A program made the position numbers and the translations under genes. The notes beneath the pieces are model-generated. The model was not told the DNA's origin, searched no databases, and saw only the letters and a program-made list of their open reading frames with translations. This document shows, one piece after another, positions 25,684-35,998 of a stretch of 64,000 bases of DNA. The stretch's first letter is position 1; each line of letters starts with the position of its first letter. This DNA comes from a virus (Duplodnaviria > Caudoviricetes): the IMG/VR virus record IMGVR_UViG_3300024259_001623, one strand, 5' to 3'.

Positions 25684-26412
25684 CTAATAGCTCTCGCCTA
25701 GTTTTATATATGGATGTTTTTCATATATGTATACCAAAGCTTCTTCCATATCTGAAAAAGATTTTATCTTACTAGTATGACCCCAAGCAGTTTTGAATAT
25801 AGCAACTTCGTCATCATACGCTCTCATAAAGTATACTCCATCCTTGCTGCAAGTATGTTCAAAAATACCTATATATTTAAAATCTCTGTTATCATTATAC
25901 ACATTACAATTATCTACATCATCTGTATATTTTTTCGATTTTTCATCAGCAGTTTTTTTTCTTATGTATGGAAACAACTTTAACATATCTTTTTGATCTT
26001 CCAAAGAATCATTCTGATTTAAAGCTATATCGCAAAAAAATTGTATAAAAACAATTTCTCCACCTTCATAAAAAAGACTTTGACCTGCCAAATGTAAACC
26101 TTTTAGATTATCAAAAAATCTAGTAATCTTTTTATATAATTCATCTGATTTCTTTTTTCCCATTAAATGTAAAAAAGTTCTATCAAACTTCATAACATTT
26201 TCAGCAGACAATCCATCTTTAAAGTACTCTTCTACTTTTTTATTATAGAACACAGACTGCAATCGTCTAATTCTGTTATGAGCTTTCTCAGCTTCTTTTT
26301 GATGCTTCGCTCTCTGCTCATCTAGTTCTTCCATTCTATCTAATTGTTTTTGAGCCATGTCCCAATGGAAACTCTCTTTTTGTTCAAGCTCTTTTATTTT
26401 CTTAGATTTCAT
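25684..26412 (-). CDS. Hypothetical protein, N-terminal coiled coil
   Basis: ORF track. Confidence 0.65.
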   Translation of the reverse strand: MKSKKIKELEQKESFHWDMAQKQLDRMEELDEQRAKHQKEAEKAHNRIRRLQSVFYNKKVEEYFKDGLSAENVMKFDRTFLHLMGKKKSDELYKKITRFFDNLKGLHLAGQSLFYEGGEIVFIQFFCDIALNQNDSLEDQKDMLKLFPYIRKKTADEKSKKYTDDVDNCNVYNDNRDFKYIGIFEHTCSKDGVYFMRAYDDEVAIFKTAWGHTSKIKSFSDMEEALVYIYEKHPYIKLGESY

Positions 26413-26424
26413 AATTTTTCTTCC

Positions 26425-26805
26425 TTATAACGCTTGAGCTTTAAAAGCATCACAGGTACCATTTTCAAATGCGATTTTCCCTCGTCTTATCTTACAGATA
26501 TGTTCCCCATCAACCGTTTTTACATAATGACAATTTTTGCAAACCTTGAATAAACTAAATTCCTCATATGTAGAATTAGCCTCATATATAAGAGACTCTG
26601 CCATACTTGCGATAGAATCTTTTCCGAGTCCGGGTTCTTGTAAATAACTATCCCTATTAGGATGAAGACATATCTTTCCCCGTAATTGTTCCAAAAGCTT
26701 TTCTATAGAATGACAATCTGTACAATAATAATAACCAAGGTCGTCGCTATCAGTTGTTTTCCTTTCAAATGCAACATTACAGTTATCGCAATTATGTTTT
26801 TCCAT
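26425..26805 (-). CDS. Cys-rich hypothetical protein
   Basis: Multiple CxxC. Confidence 0.55.
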   Translation of the reverse strand: MEKHNCDNCNVAFERKTTDSDDLGYYYCTDCHSIEKLLEQLRGKICLHPNRDSYLQEPGLGKDSIASMAESLIYEANSTYEEFSLFKVCKNCHYVKTVDGEHICKIRRGKIAFENGTCDAFKAQAL

Positions 26806-27154
26806 CGTTATCTCTCCAAGTAGCTTCTATTTTCAGCACTGGCATCTTATACCATTTTTCGGCGCCACACAACTCTATCAATTTTCTTTCTAACTCTTCC
26901 ATTTGAGGCTCAATAGAGTAATCACCGCCCAAATAATTCAATGTTGATTCATAGAATTCAACTTCATCCCATACATGTTGGAATAACGTTCTTATATTCA
27001 TATCTCTATATGAGATTACTTTTGGTTTTGGATCAAAAACTATTCTTTTTGACAACTCCATCCACTCAGACTTATTATAACCTGGTTCTCCTACGGCTTT
27101 AGTCCATAGTTGATGAAAAAGTTGATGAGTAGTTTGCTTGTCTGTAGTTTCCAT
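26792..27154 (-). CDS. Hypothetical protein
   Basis: ORF track. Confidence 0.55.
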   Translation of the reverse strand: METTDKQTTHQLFHQLWTKAVGEPGYNKSEWMELSKRIVFDPKPKVISYRDMNIRTLFQHVWDEVEFYESTLNYLGGDYSIEPQMEELERKLIELCGAEKWYKMPVLKIEATWRDNDGKT

Positions 27155-27162
27155 TTTATATC

Positions 27163-27591
27163 CTAATCAATACTGTATTTTTCTACAACATCCATTACCT
27201 TATCAGTTCTATTACTGATCCAAGTTTGAGTAACTTCCATATTCTCTACCATAAGTTCCGGCGTCTTTCCCAATAACACATGATAATACTTGCTAGAAAC
27301 GACTTTCAAAATACCTTCTAATTCTTCTTCTGAGAAATTCTTAGCATAAGAAGCTGAATAAATTTCCATAAGTTCATCAACCTCCATAGCATCCATTACT
27401 TCATCCATAATTTCATCGACGGGCTTAGAGAATTCTGGTGCGACATCTTCTATCCCTGCTTTTTCAAGCATACCAGATAGATTAGAGAACATTGCTTTTA
27501 TTACCTGCCTTGTCGTTTCTTTACAATTCATTGCGGATACAACTTGCATTGCCAGCTTGTCTTTGTTGTCCATTTTAATATCCTTCCTCAA
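27163..27591 (-). CDS. DUF2059-like helical protein
   Basis: LMEIYSASYAKNFSEEELEGIL pattern. Confidence 0.6.
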   Translation of the reverse strand: MRKDIKMDNKDKLAMQVVSAMNCKETTRQVIKAMFSNLSGMLEKAGIEDVAPEFSKPVDEIMDEVMDAMEVDELMEIYSASYAKNFSEEELEGILKVVSSKYYHVLLGKTPELMVENMEVTQTWISNRTDKVMDVVEKYSID

Positions 27592-27601
27592 TAAATAGTT
27601 T

Positions 27602-27913
27602 TTACAATCCTAAGTCTTCCATTAATTCAGCCAATTTTTCAGAAACAATTTCTCCCTTATTAAAAGCCAATGTTTGAAGGTCATTTGACCAATCTTCCAA
27701 TTCAGCAACAGTATCAACTTTTTTTGATTTTAACAGAGCTAATTGGCACTCTTTAAGTTGTTCTTGCAACGCCCGTATTACTTCATCAAATTTTTCTGAA
27801 AATGAATCATCATATTTAGGCTTACACCTTCTCATTTCTTTTATATTATCATTATTAGATTTTATTATCTGTTTTAATACTTTTATGCCATCTTCTTTGA
27901 TTGACATTTTCAT
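27602..27913 (-). CDS. Hypothetical coiled-coil protein
   Basis: ORF track. Confidence 0.55.
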   Translation of the reverse strand: MKMSIKEDGIKVLKQIIKSNNDNIKEMRRCKPKYDDSFSEKFDEVIRALQEQLKECQLALLKSKKVDTVAELEDWSNDLQTLAFNKGEIVSEKLAELMEDLGL

Positions 27914-28590
27914 TCTCCCAGCATATCAAAAATCTCTATATTTCTCTGTGCCATCTTCGAGATAATTGAATTTCTTCTGCGGAGAAGTTCTTTTATTGCA
28001 AACTTTCTCGACTTGAAAAGGTCACAAGTATTAGCTCGTATATCTGGAGCATCACTATGTCTTACAAAAACTCTTGTATTAAAAGTAAGTTTATTACCAG
28101 AATCAGTAAAATAGGCAGTATGATCTATCTTAGCTGTTATTGCTATAACATCATCATTTGATATATGATAGTAATAACCGTCGTAGCATATAAGGCTACC
28201 GTCATTCGTTTTGCCGCAGTCACATGACCAGAATAAATCCAAAAACTTTGACATTTTATTTTCTAATGACAAAAAATCAACAATGAATGCTATAAAAGGT
28301 CTTTGTTCTGATTCATATCCTCCCAGGAAAGTCGCTAAATCCTCTTTGAGATGTTTAAACATTGTACTTGGAGCATATATAAACTTATCATATAACATTT
28401 TTTGTAGAATTTCGATTAAACCAAATCTGTTAGGATGTTTTTCTTTAAGCCAATTTAAATCTTCAACTAAAAAAGTCTTGGCAGAATAAGTCAGATTTTC
28501 TAATTTGTTCCCTAAAACCATACCGTTAACAGAATAAAAATAATCTGTTTTTATTTCTTTAATGATTTCTTGTATCTCTGTATCGGACAT
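27910..28590 (-). CDS. Hypothetical protein
   Basis: ORF track, GGGAG RBS. Confidence 0.65.
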   Translation of the reverse strand: MSDTEIQEIIKEIKTDYFYSVNGMVLGNKLENLTYSAKTFLVEDLNWLKEKHPNRFGLIEILQKMLYDKFIYAPSTMFKHLKEDLATFLGGYESEQRPFIAFIVDFLSLENKMSKFLDLFWSCDCGKTNDGSLICYDGYYYHISNDDVIAITAKIDHTAYFTDSGNKLTFNTRVFVRHSDAPDIRANTCDLFKSRKFAIKELLRRRNSIISKMAQRNIEIFDMLGE

Positions 28591-28610
28591 GTAATTTTAC
28601 TCCCTATAAT

Positions 28611-28715
28611 TATAGTTTAATCTCTTCCACAATTGTTCCTCTAGGAACATGTAGCTCTACCTTTTCCAAATATTTGCAGTGACGATCCTCACTTCTCCGA
28701 TACCAATCAGACCAT
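28611..28715 (-). pseudogene. Start-less gene remnant (...ELHVPRGTIVEEIKL*), similar to the C-terminus of 22718-23239
   Basis: Manual translation; no in-frame start upstream. Confidence 0.4.
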
Positions 28716-28728
28716 TTATGATATCTGT

Positions 28729-28822
28729 TCAGTCGTCCTGCATAACCTTATCTACGGTCATATCGTACTCATATCTATTCACCATCTTTTCCACTGCCTG
28801 GTCAGGGACTTCTTCCCTTTAG
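28729..28822 (-). pseudogene. Displaced duplicate 3' end of the P-loop kinase gene
   Basis: LKGR [11-nt deletion] VPDQAVEKMVNRY vs LKGRNTHGVPDHAIKRMIDRY in 30043-30534. Confidence 0.75.
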
Positions 28823-28985
28823 CCTACTAGGCATAATTTTTGCCCACTACGCAGGGAGATAATTTATTCAAATACAAATATTATATATTTAATCCACTTT
28901 CATGAAAATTATGGAAGGATAATAAAATAATTAGTTGAATAACACTAATACACAACTTTATATCTCTAATAATAGGATTTTACAA

Positions 28986-30077
28986 ATGAAAATTACTTAT
29001 GAATATCTTTATAAAGAATATATAATAAAAAGAAAAAGCATGACACAAATAGCAAAAGAAAATAATTGTGCATATAGCAGCATAAACAGATACCTAAAAT
29101 TATATAATATCAAATCAAGAACCAATGGCGAAATCAAAATAAAAGATATTTCAGGTAAAAAATTTGGACAATTAACAGCAATATCTTTAGATAAATCTAA
29201 AAAAAATAAAAAAGGCTGGATACTTCCAAGATGGCTTTGTCTTTGTAATTGCGGCAATACATATAAAGTCTATTATAATCATTTACGCGATGGCACCACC
29301 ACCAGATGCTTACAATGCACTCACAAATCACAAGAAAATAAAGAAGAATTTTCTAATTTATTTTGGAGACAAATTGTTAAAGAGGCAAAAAAAAGAAACA
29401 TCAACATCTCAATAAAAAAAACTGACGCTTATAATGTTCTTATAAAACAAAATAAAAAATGTATATTAAGTAACATACCTTTATATATGAGTAATAGCGT
29501 CAGAAATCATAATAAAACAACGGCCTCTTTAGATAGAATAAACTCTAATAAAGGCTATACAATAGACAACATACAATGGGTCCACAAACATATAAACATA
29601 ATGAAACATAATTACGATTTAGAATATTTTTTATTTTTATGTTTATGCATCAACAAAGATTTTTGTCTTCCAAAATTCGATATCAATAGTTACAAACTTT
29701 TACCCTACTATTATAATATGATACAACGCAGAGCCAAAACAAAAAAAAGGCAATTTAATATAAAACGTGAAGAATGTTATCGGCTTCTGGAAGAACAAAA
29801 CTTTAAATGTAAAATCAGTCAACTTCCAATATTTTTCACTTCTAGCTATAAACATCAACATGGTCAGAAATCTACTGCTTCCTTAGACAGAATAGATTCT
29901 TGCAAAGGTTATACAACAGATAATATACAATGGGTACATAAACATGTTAATATGATGAAAAATAATTATGATTTAAAATATTTTACTAATATTTGTGAAC
30001 AAATATCCCACAATATACCGAAAAAAGAAAAAAATAATATTTTTAATTTTCAACTAAATCAGAAACTCTTTTTGTAA
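28986..30077 (+). CDS. Homing endonuclease with duplicated His-Me-finger-like nuclease domains
   Basis: TASLDRI-x-S-x-KGYT-x-DNIQWVHKH-x-N-x-MK twice; N-terminal GKKFGQLT...WLCLCNCG; only real plus-strand CDS; start adjusted to MKITYE. Confidence 0.8.
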   Translation: MKITYEYLYKEYIIKRKSMTQIAKENNCAYSSINRYLKLYNIKSRTNGEIKIKDISGKKFGQLTAISLDKSKKNKKGWILPRWLCLCNCGNTYKVYYNHLRDGTTTRCLQCTHKSQENKEEFSNLFWRQIVKEAKKRNINISIKKTDAYNVLIKQNKKCILSNIPLYMSNSVRNHNKTTASLDRINSNKGYTIDNIQWVHKHINIMKHNYDLEYFLFLCLCINKDFCLPKFDINSYKLLPYYYNMIQRRAKTKKRQFNIKREECYRLLEEQNFKCKISQLPIFFTSSYKHQHGQKSTASLDRIDSCKGYTTDNIQWVHKHVNMMKNNYDLKYFTNICEQISHNIPKKEKNNIFNFQLNQKLFL

Positions 30078-30534
30078 AAGCATCATCTGTTTCATTATTA
30101 TTTTTATAAAGATATCTATCTATCATCCTTTTGATAGCATGATCTGGAACTCCATGCGTATTCCTTCCCTTCAAAAAATCCATATTCCATTTACCTTCTT
30201 CATCTTTCAAATCAGGACTCCAATCAGGTTCTATGTAAGATATATTATATCCAAAAGTTTTTCCTAACTTCAAATAACTATAAATTTCCCAAGCCTGAGT
30301 ATTTGTATTATCAACAACAATCAGAGGATATCCCTTACTCATCGCTGTTGCCGCTCTATCTTGATTCCACTTATGAGCTTGTCCTAACTTAGACGGATCG
30401 AACTTATACATGCCGCCCTGCTCAAAAAATTCATCAGAAGACAAAATCATACCTTGACTCCCAGCTACTTCTTTAGCCTTGGTAGACTTACCTGAACCAC
30501 TAACTCCCCGCATTATAATTAAACGTTTTTCCAT
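30043..30534 (-). CDS. AAA_33-type P-loop kinase (polynucleotide kinase/N4BP2-like)
   Basis: RGVSGSGKST; SSDEFF; VVDNTN; RNTHGVP. Confidence 0.85.
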   Translation of the reverse strand: MEKRLIIMRGVSGSGKSTKAKEVAGSQGMILSSDEFFEQGGMYKFDPSKLGQAHKWNQDRAATAMSKGYPLIVVDNTNTQAWEIYSYLKLGKTFGYNISYIEPDWSPDLKDEEGKWNMDFLKGRNTHGVPDHAIKRMIDRYLYKNNNETDDAFTKRVSDLVEN

Positions 30535-30548
30535 TTCTTCTCCTATTC

Positions 30549-30854
30549 TTAATATACAACCCTAGATGAAGATATGATATCTAAGATCGCCATATATCCA
30601 TCGTCAACTTGATAAATTTTTAAATCTGCATTTGAAATGCATGATACTCTGCTAGGTTTCTTATCCTCTTTAGGAATATCAACTTCATAACTAGCAGTAA
30701 CCCTAATAGTAAACAGATCGAAACCTTTCGACTTAGCAAACTTCTTTATAGACTTCAATACAATTTCTAAAAAATCAGAACTAGAATCATATATGTCTGG
30801 AAGAAATGCTGTTACTTCACCGCCTACTGTCTCATATACTAACTTCGATGCCAT
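30549..30854 (-). CDS. Hypothetical protein
   Basis: ORF track, GGAG RBS. Confidence 0.55.
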   Translation of the reverse strand: MASKLVYETVGGEVTAFLPDIYDSSSDFLEIVLKSIKKFAKSKGFDLFTIRVTASYEVDIPKEDKKPSRVSCISNADLKIYQVDDGYMAILDIISSSRVVY

Positions 30855-30863
30855 TTCGACTCC

Positions 30864-31280
30864 CTATATATCCAAAAACTTGAAACTTTTCGACTTCTTT
30901 TCTATAACCTTTACTGGTTTTTTCTTTACTGGTTTTTTCTTTACTGGTTTTACCGGCTTATTTGGATAAGCCGAGTCTTCCCATTTATCCCAAGAACTAT
31001 TTGGATATGGTTTCGCACTATTCATATCTCCATACATACTTTTGTTTGGATTAACCACCAGATTATCTTGAGAATACGAAACAAAACCACATTTTCTACA
31101 AATGACTAAAGACTGTTTTGGTTCACTACCACATTTCCCTTCAGACAATTTATAATCGCCTGGCGATTTACAATTATAACAAGGCACACTATAAGCAAAC
31201 AAATACTTTAAAAATGCTTTATTATTCTTGTTATATTGTTTTGTATCTAAAGGCTTAAAATCATACTGTATTAGCTTCAT
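30864..31280 (-). CDS. Zn-finger protein with PVKK low-complexity tail
   Basis: CYNC, CRKC; KPVKPVKKKPVKKKPVK. Confidence 0.6.
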   Translation of the reverse strand: MKLIQYDFKPLDTKQYNKNNKAFLKYLFAYSVPCYNCKSPGDYKLSEGKCGSEPKQSLVICRKCGFVSYSQDNLVVNPNKSMYGDMNSAKPYPNSSWDKWEDSAYPNKPVKPVKKKPVKKKPVKVIEKKSKSFKFLDI

Positions 31281-31297
31281 GTGGCTATCCTAAATTT

Positions 31298-31906
31298 TTA
31301 CTTGATGAATTTGAAACTAATGCAATTGATCCCAGCATCTTGCATTTCTCTAATAGCATTTGCAGTACCAAACGCTTCAGCGTTAACTCCACGACAAGCA
31401 TCAGTTAAAACAAACGTTTTGAAGCCTTCCTTAACTGCATCCAAAGCAGTAAACTTAACGCAATAATCAGTAGCAAGACCACAGATATATACATCTGTTA
31501 CTCCCATTCCATGCAAGAATTCAGCGAGACCAGTAGGGTTCTTTCCATTGTTATCACAGAAACCGCTATAGCTGTCCACAGAAGCGTCCAGACCCTTCTG
31601 GAATACAGCCACGCCGTCGAGGTCCAAATCCTTGTGGAAATAGGCTCCTGGGCTATCCTGGACGCAATGATCAGGCCACATGATCTGAGGTTGTCCAGAC
31701 AATTCTCCCATCTCATAAGGATTAGCTCCATTATTAGAAGCAAAACTTCCATGATTCTGAGGATGCCAATCTTGAGTAGCAGTAACAAAATCGAACTCAT
31801 CAATAATGCTATTGATGATTGGGACAATCTCATCTCCACCTGTAACTGCCAAAAACCCGCCCGGACAAAAATCATTCTGCACATCAACAATAACCAAAGC
31901 CTTCAT
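31298..31906 (-). CDS. pncA: Nicotinamidase/pyrazinamidase
   Basis: LVIVDVQNDFCPGG-x-LAV, TQDWHP, WPDHCVQ, KG...YSGF, GLATDYCV. Confidence 0.95.
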   Translation of the reverse strand: MKALVIVDVQNDFCPGGFLAVTGGDEIVPIINSIIDEFDFVTATQDWHPQNHGSFASNNGANPYEMGELSGQPQIMWPDHCVQDSPGAYFHKDLDLDGVAVFQKGLDASVDSYSGFCDNNGKNPTGLAEFLHGMGVTDVYICGLATDYCVKFTALDAVKEGFKTFVLTDACRGVNAEAFGTANAIREMQDAGINCISFKFIK

Positions 31907-31994
31907 TACGATCTCCTTAAATAATTATTTATACAAAAACTCTACGACATTACAGGGAAAAATTATACCACTTTCTTTGCCACTTCCAACTTTA

Positions 31995-33968
31995 TTATGC
32001 CTCATTATATTTAATCATGTTCTTGACAACTCTTTTTAACTCTTTATATTTCGAGCTAAAATAATATGGCAATTGACTTTCTCGTCTGTCATATCCAAAT
32101 GCCGTTTTACTAGTAATAACATTAGGAGGCGACTGAACTCTCTTGAACACATTAATATTCATCAACTTAACAAACCACTCCAAGTCAACGATAAAAACTT
32201 GAGGATCATCAATATTCCATCTCTTAATCATCTCCAAGCTAATATTCAGATTATCAGCTAAAGTCCCATCGATATACCATCTCAAAATCTCTTCTACAGA
32301 TTTAATCCTATAATCCATAAATGCTTCTAACAAAGCACAATGATAACCGAACTTCATAGGATCAATCTGATCATTCTTCAACTCAGCAGAAGGTTTGATC
32401 TGATCATCGTTAAAAACATTCAACGCATCAGGAATCATCTCATTCGGAATAACTTCATCATTGAAAATTTTATCATTCATAAAACGAGCTAATTCAAATA
32501 CTTCTGTCTTTGTTAAATCTCCGATAGGAGCAATGGCTCCACCTACATCTCCATACAATGTAGCATAACCTAAAGCAGTCTCCAACTTATTACCATTATT
32601 AGTAAACAATGCATTCTTTCTAGCGGCAATACCAGCCAAAACTACAGAACCTCTAATCCTAGCTTGTTCATTTTCTACATTTAAATCACTCGCTTCGCTA
32701 CCAGAAGAATCCATAAACATTGAGGATACATCAAAAATATCATTAATAGGTATTACTGTATATTCAATACCCAACTTCTTCGCTATTTTAGCAGCAGCGT
32801 TTTTAGTTTTATCTGAATTATATTGAGTTGGCATATTGATAGCTGAAACTTTATCTTTTCCAACTGCCTTAACCAGCAACGCTGCAACAACAGCACTATC
32901 AACTCCACCAGACAATCCAATAACCCAATCATTATGGTCTTGTCTTCCCATAATGTCTTTAATATGTTGGATGCCTCTAATAATAGCTTGATATTTCTCT
33001 TTAATTACATTACGTTTTTCTCTTCTCTCTACATCATACTTGACATCAGAATCGATAACCAAAAGGTCTTCTTTATATGGTTCCCTAATCATAGAAAGAA
33101 TTTCACCTTCTCTACCATAATAAGTAGAGCCACCATCGAAGGTTACAACATTCTTTCCGTTATTCTGGGCACCAACGCAGTTAACATAAAAGAAAGGAAC
33201 CATAGCCTGACCATGCTTTTTAGCATTCTCTACCAAGTAATTAACAGCATTATCTCTGGCTTGATTCTTTCCATGAGTCCAAGGAGAAGCAGATATATTG
33301 ATAATAACATCTGCTCCATTTTTTAGTAATTCATTCGTAGGATTGATAGATTCGCCCCTATATCTATAATCTCTACACCACAAATCTTCGCATAATTCCA
33401 AGCCGATATTAACTTCTTTGCCCTCTATCTCTACACAAAAAGGCATAAAATAATCGTTTAATAAACCATAACCATATTCTTCATACAAATCTAATACAGA
33501 GAAAAAATATCTCTTATCGTCAAAAAATCTATAGTTTGGCAATAATGTTTTAGGTTGGATTCCGCTAGGAATAAATGAACTACTTCTGGATGTACATGAT
33601 CTTTTTACTTCTTTTTTATTTTGGTAGATATAAGCTGCATTATATTTTCTTTTCCTACCATCATGGTTCGGTTGCCAACCACGGGTCATTATGTTATGAG
33701 GAATAGATTCTTCCAGATATACATTGCCATAGATAACAATGATGCCGTCAGAAGCTTCTCTTAACTGTTTATTAAAAGACATGAGCCAACGACAATAATC
33801 ATCATCATTGTACTTGTCGCCTAAAAGATAACCACCAACACACATTTCTGGTGCAACTACTATATCACACCCCTTAGTTTTAGCCTTTTCTATAAAATTC
33901 AAAAGATTGCTAACATTTTTATAAGGGTTGCCAGGAACTACATCCATTTGAATTAATCCGACTTTCAT
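31995..33968 (-). CDS. nadE: Glutamine-dependent NAD+ synthetase
   Basis: Nitrilase domain (PEM, K-x-LLPNY...FDDKRY, ELCEDLW) fused to synthetase (GLSGGVDS, NEQARIR, NKLE-x-ALGY-x-TLYGD, PSAEL). Confidence 0.95.
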   Translation of the reverse strand: MKVGLIQMDVVPGNPYKNVSNLLNFIEKAKTKGCDIVVAPEMCVGGYLLGDKYNDDDYCRWLMSFNKQLREASDGIIVIYGNVYLEESIPHNIMTRGWQPNHDGRKRKYNAAYIYQNKKEVKRSCTSRSSSFIPSGIQPKTLLPNYRFFDDKRYFFSVLDLYEEYGYGLLNDYFMPFCVEIEGKEVNIGLELCEDLWCRDYRYRGESINPTNELLKNGADVIINISASPWTHGKNQARDNAVNYLVENAKKHGQAMVPFFYVNCVGAQNNGKNVVTFDGGSTYYGREGEILSMIREPYKEDLLVIDSDVKYDVERREKRNVIKEKYQAIIRGIQHIKDIMGRQDHNDWVIGLSGGVDSAVVAALLVKAVGKDKVSAINMPTQYNSDKTKNAAAKIAKKLGIEYTVIPINDIFDVSSMFMDSSGSEASDLNVENEQARIRGSVVLAGIAARKNALFTNNGNKLETALGYATLYGDVGGAIAPIGDLTKTEVFELARFMNDKIFNDEVIPNEMIPDALNVFNDDQIKPSAELKNDQIDPMKFGYHCALLEAFMDYRIKSVEEILRWYIDGTLADNLNISLEMIKRWNIDDPQVFIVDLEWFVKLMNINVFKRVQSPPNVITSKTAFGYDRRESQLPYYFSSKYKELKRVVKNMIKYNEA

Positions 33969-34732
33969 CTATTTTTCCTTTTTTTATAAATTTTACCACA
34001 TAATTCACAAAAGAAATCTTCATCATGATTGCTCTTCATTATATTAACTATCCTGTGAACCCATTGTACATTTCCTATTTCATAACCTTTAGAACTATCT
34101 ATTCTATCTAAAGATGCTGTTGTTTTTCCTTGTCTAAACTCTTTACTGTTTTTGGCAAAATACAAACTCAAACCTGACAATGCACATTTACGATTTTGTT
34201 TCAAAAATAAATCCCAAATATATTTTAAATCTATTTTCAATTCATGATCATTGTTTTTAGCATTATGTTTTATTCTACACCAAATAGAGCCAGATATGTC
34301 TCCACACCCAGACCAACCTTTACTTTCTTTTCCTTTACGATGTTTAGTTGTTTTTCCAATGGAACATCCACAACCTATATAATGTCCACTTTTTAACTTA
34401 CCAGCATCTACAACTTTTTTATTTCCACAATCACAACGACATAACCATCTGATTTTAATTTGACCACCTTTGGTTCTTCTCCGTCCATATAGTTTTAAGA
34501 CAGTTAGTTTTTTGAATTTTTGACCTGCTAAATCTTCTATATTATCTCGTTGTTTTTTAAGACAACCACAGCTTTTAGTATGTCCGCTTTTTACTCTATA
34601 TTCTTCCAGTATTACTATTTTGCCGCATTCGCAGTGGCATTTACATCTAGCCTTTCCATTCTTACCTTTTTCAGCTTCTTCAACAACAGTTAATTTAGCA
34701 AATTTTTTACCTATAACATTTTCTTTTTTCAT
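33965..34732 (-). CDS. Homing endonuclease (same family as 28986-30077)
   Basis: Two GKKF-x-KLTV...CxCxCG modules plus TASLDRIDSSKGY...WVH. Confidence 0.8.
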   Translation of the reverse strand: MKKENVIGKKFAKLTVVEEAEKGKNGKARCKCHCECGKIVILEEYRVKSGHTKSCGCLKKQRDNIEDLAGQKFKKLTVLKLYGRRRTKGGQIKIRWLCRCDCGNKKVVDAGKLKSGHYIGCGCSIGKTTKHRKGKESKGWSGCGDISGSIWCRIKHNAKNNDHELKIDLKYIWDLFLKQNRKCALSGLSLYFAKNSKEFRQGKTTASLDRIDSSKGYEIGNVQWVHRIVNIMKSNHDEDFFCELCGKIYKKRKNR

Positions 34733-34892
34733 AAGATTCTCCTGAATAATATTTCTGCTTTTATATTCAAGATCACCTATAAAATATCCTTTTAAAAAAT
34801 ATTCCCGTTAACTGTTTAGAGGTTATTTTACTGGTTTCTCCGCTATAAGTAGAAAAATTATCCGCTGGTTCAGGGACAGGACGGAGGCCAGA

Positions 34893-35405
34893 CTACTTCT
34901 TAGGTTTGATTCTTTTTTCTATATCTGCAAGAATCAATTTAGGATCGCATTCTGGGCAATCATCGAATTGAATATCTTCTAAATCATATCCCTTAAATAG
35001 TTTAGGCCAACGTTTTTTGATATTAACAGCATCAGAACTTTTCTGAGGATTAGAACCATAATCATTACCATAGGCTTTTTTAGTATCTGTATTCCAAGTA
35101 TTACCATCTTTAGGAATGTAGCCTCTCAGGTTTTTGCCATCCCAATATATAATAAAGAAAACTGGCATTTCCCAATCACCACCGGCAACCCAACCCCAAT
35201 ACGGCAGACCATGACTAGTTACATTATAACCAGTTATATCTTTACAACCATTATAGCCGCTTCCCTTAACATATTCATAATTCTCAAAATCAAATTCGAC
35301 CTTAGATATATCTTTCTGTATCTTTTCTGGAAAATCCCATACATTAATATTATCAGTCTTTTTCATTAAAAATGGTAAACTATGACGCTCAAATTTTCTA
35401 GCCAT
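34893..35405 (-). CDS. Hypothetical protein
   Basis: GGDWEMPVFFIIYWDG...GYIP-x-x-GN motif. Confidence 0.7.
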   Translation of the reverse strand: MARKFERHSLPFLMKKTDNINVWDFPEKIQKDISKVEFDFENYEYVKGSGYNGCKDITGYNVTSHGLPYWGWVAGGDWEMPVFFIIYWDGKNLRGYIPKDGNTWNTDTKKAYGNDYGSNPQKSSDAVNIKKRWPKLFKGYDLEDIQFDDCPECDPKLILADIEKRIKPKK

Positions 35406-35416
35406 TTATTGTCTCC

Positions 35417-35998
35417 TTAAATCCTACCAGACATTTTCAAATACATCCAACATTTAGCCCCAAGATGTGAGCCTTTGTCAATCTCTTGTTGAATTTGACC
35501 TTTTTCTAATGCCAGAACTTCGATATCTTCATCTGCTTCATTGAATTCAGTTGAGATTTCTCCATAAGCTTCCACGAAAACGCATACAACAGATTCATCT
35601 GACAGTCCAGCAGAATTACATAGCGGAGGACTAACATCTAAAACTCTTACCACTCCAAGACCAGTTTCTTCCTTAAACTCTCTAATAGCAGCTTGCCCTG
35701 GAGTTTCTCCTTCATCAATCAAACCGGCAGGGAATCCCAACTCATAACCATTCAGAGGAACCCTGAACTGCTTAATCAGAACAATTTTTTCATGTTCTGT
35801 TTGAACACTTTGAAAATATGTATCTTGTCCTAAAGTTCCAATGATTACTACGGCATCGGGCTTTGTCTTTGCCTCTACATTTTGATTCTTTCTGGAAGCA
35901 AAAATCCATCTTCCTTGACAATCCTTATGAGTATACTTAGACTCATAAAGATTTATGAATTTCTCATCAGTAATTTTTGTTGTTGTTGTAACTCTCAT
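35417..35998 (-). CDS. Nudix hydrolase, ADP-ribose pyrophosphatase-like
   Basis: KQFRVP...FPAGLIDEGE...AAIREFKEETG; SAGLSDE. Confidence 0.88.
   Translation of the reverse strand: MRVTTTTKITDEKFINLYESKYTHKDCQGRWIFASRKNQNVEAKTKPDAVVIIGTLGQDTYFQSVQTEHEKIVLIKQFRVPLNGYELGFPAGLIDEGETPGQAAIREFKEETGLGVVRVLDVSPPLCNSAGLSDESVVCVFVEAYGEISTEFNEADEDIEVLALEKGQIQQEIDKGSHLGAKCWMYLKMSGRI

Noticed and set aside
31498-31924. Alternative-frame ORFs over pncA
   Set aside because: Side effect of higher GC in pncA; no motifs
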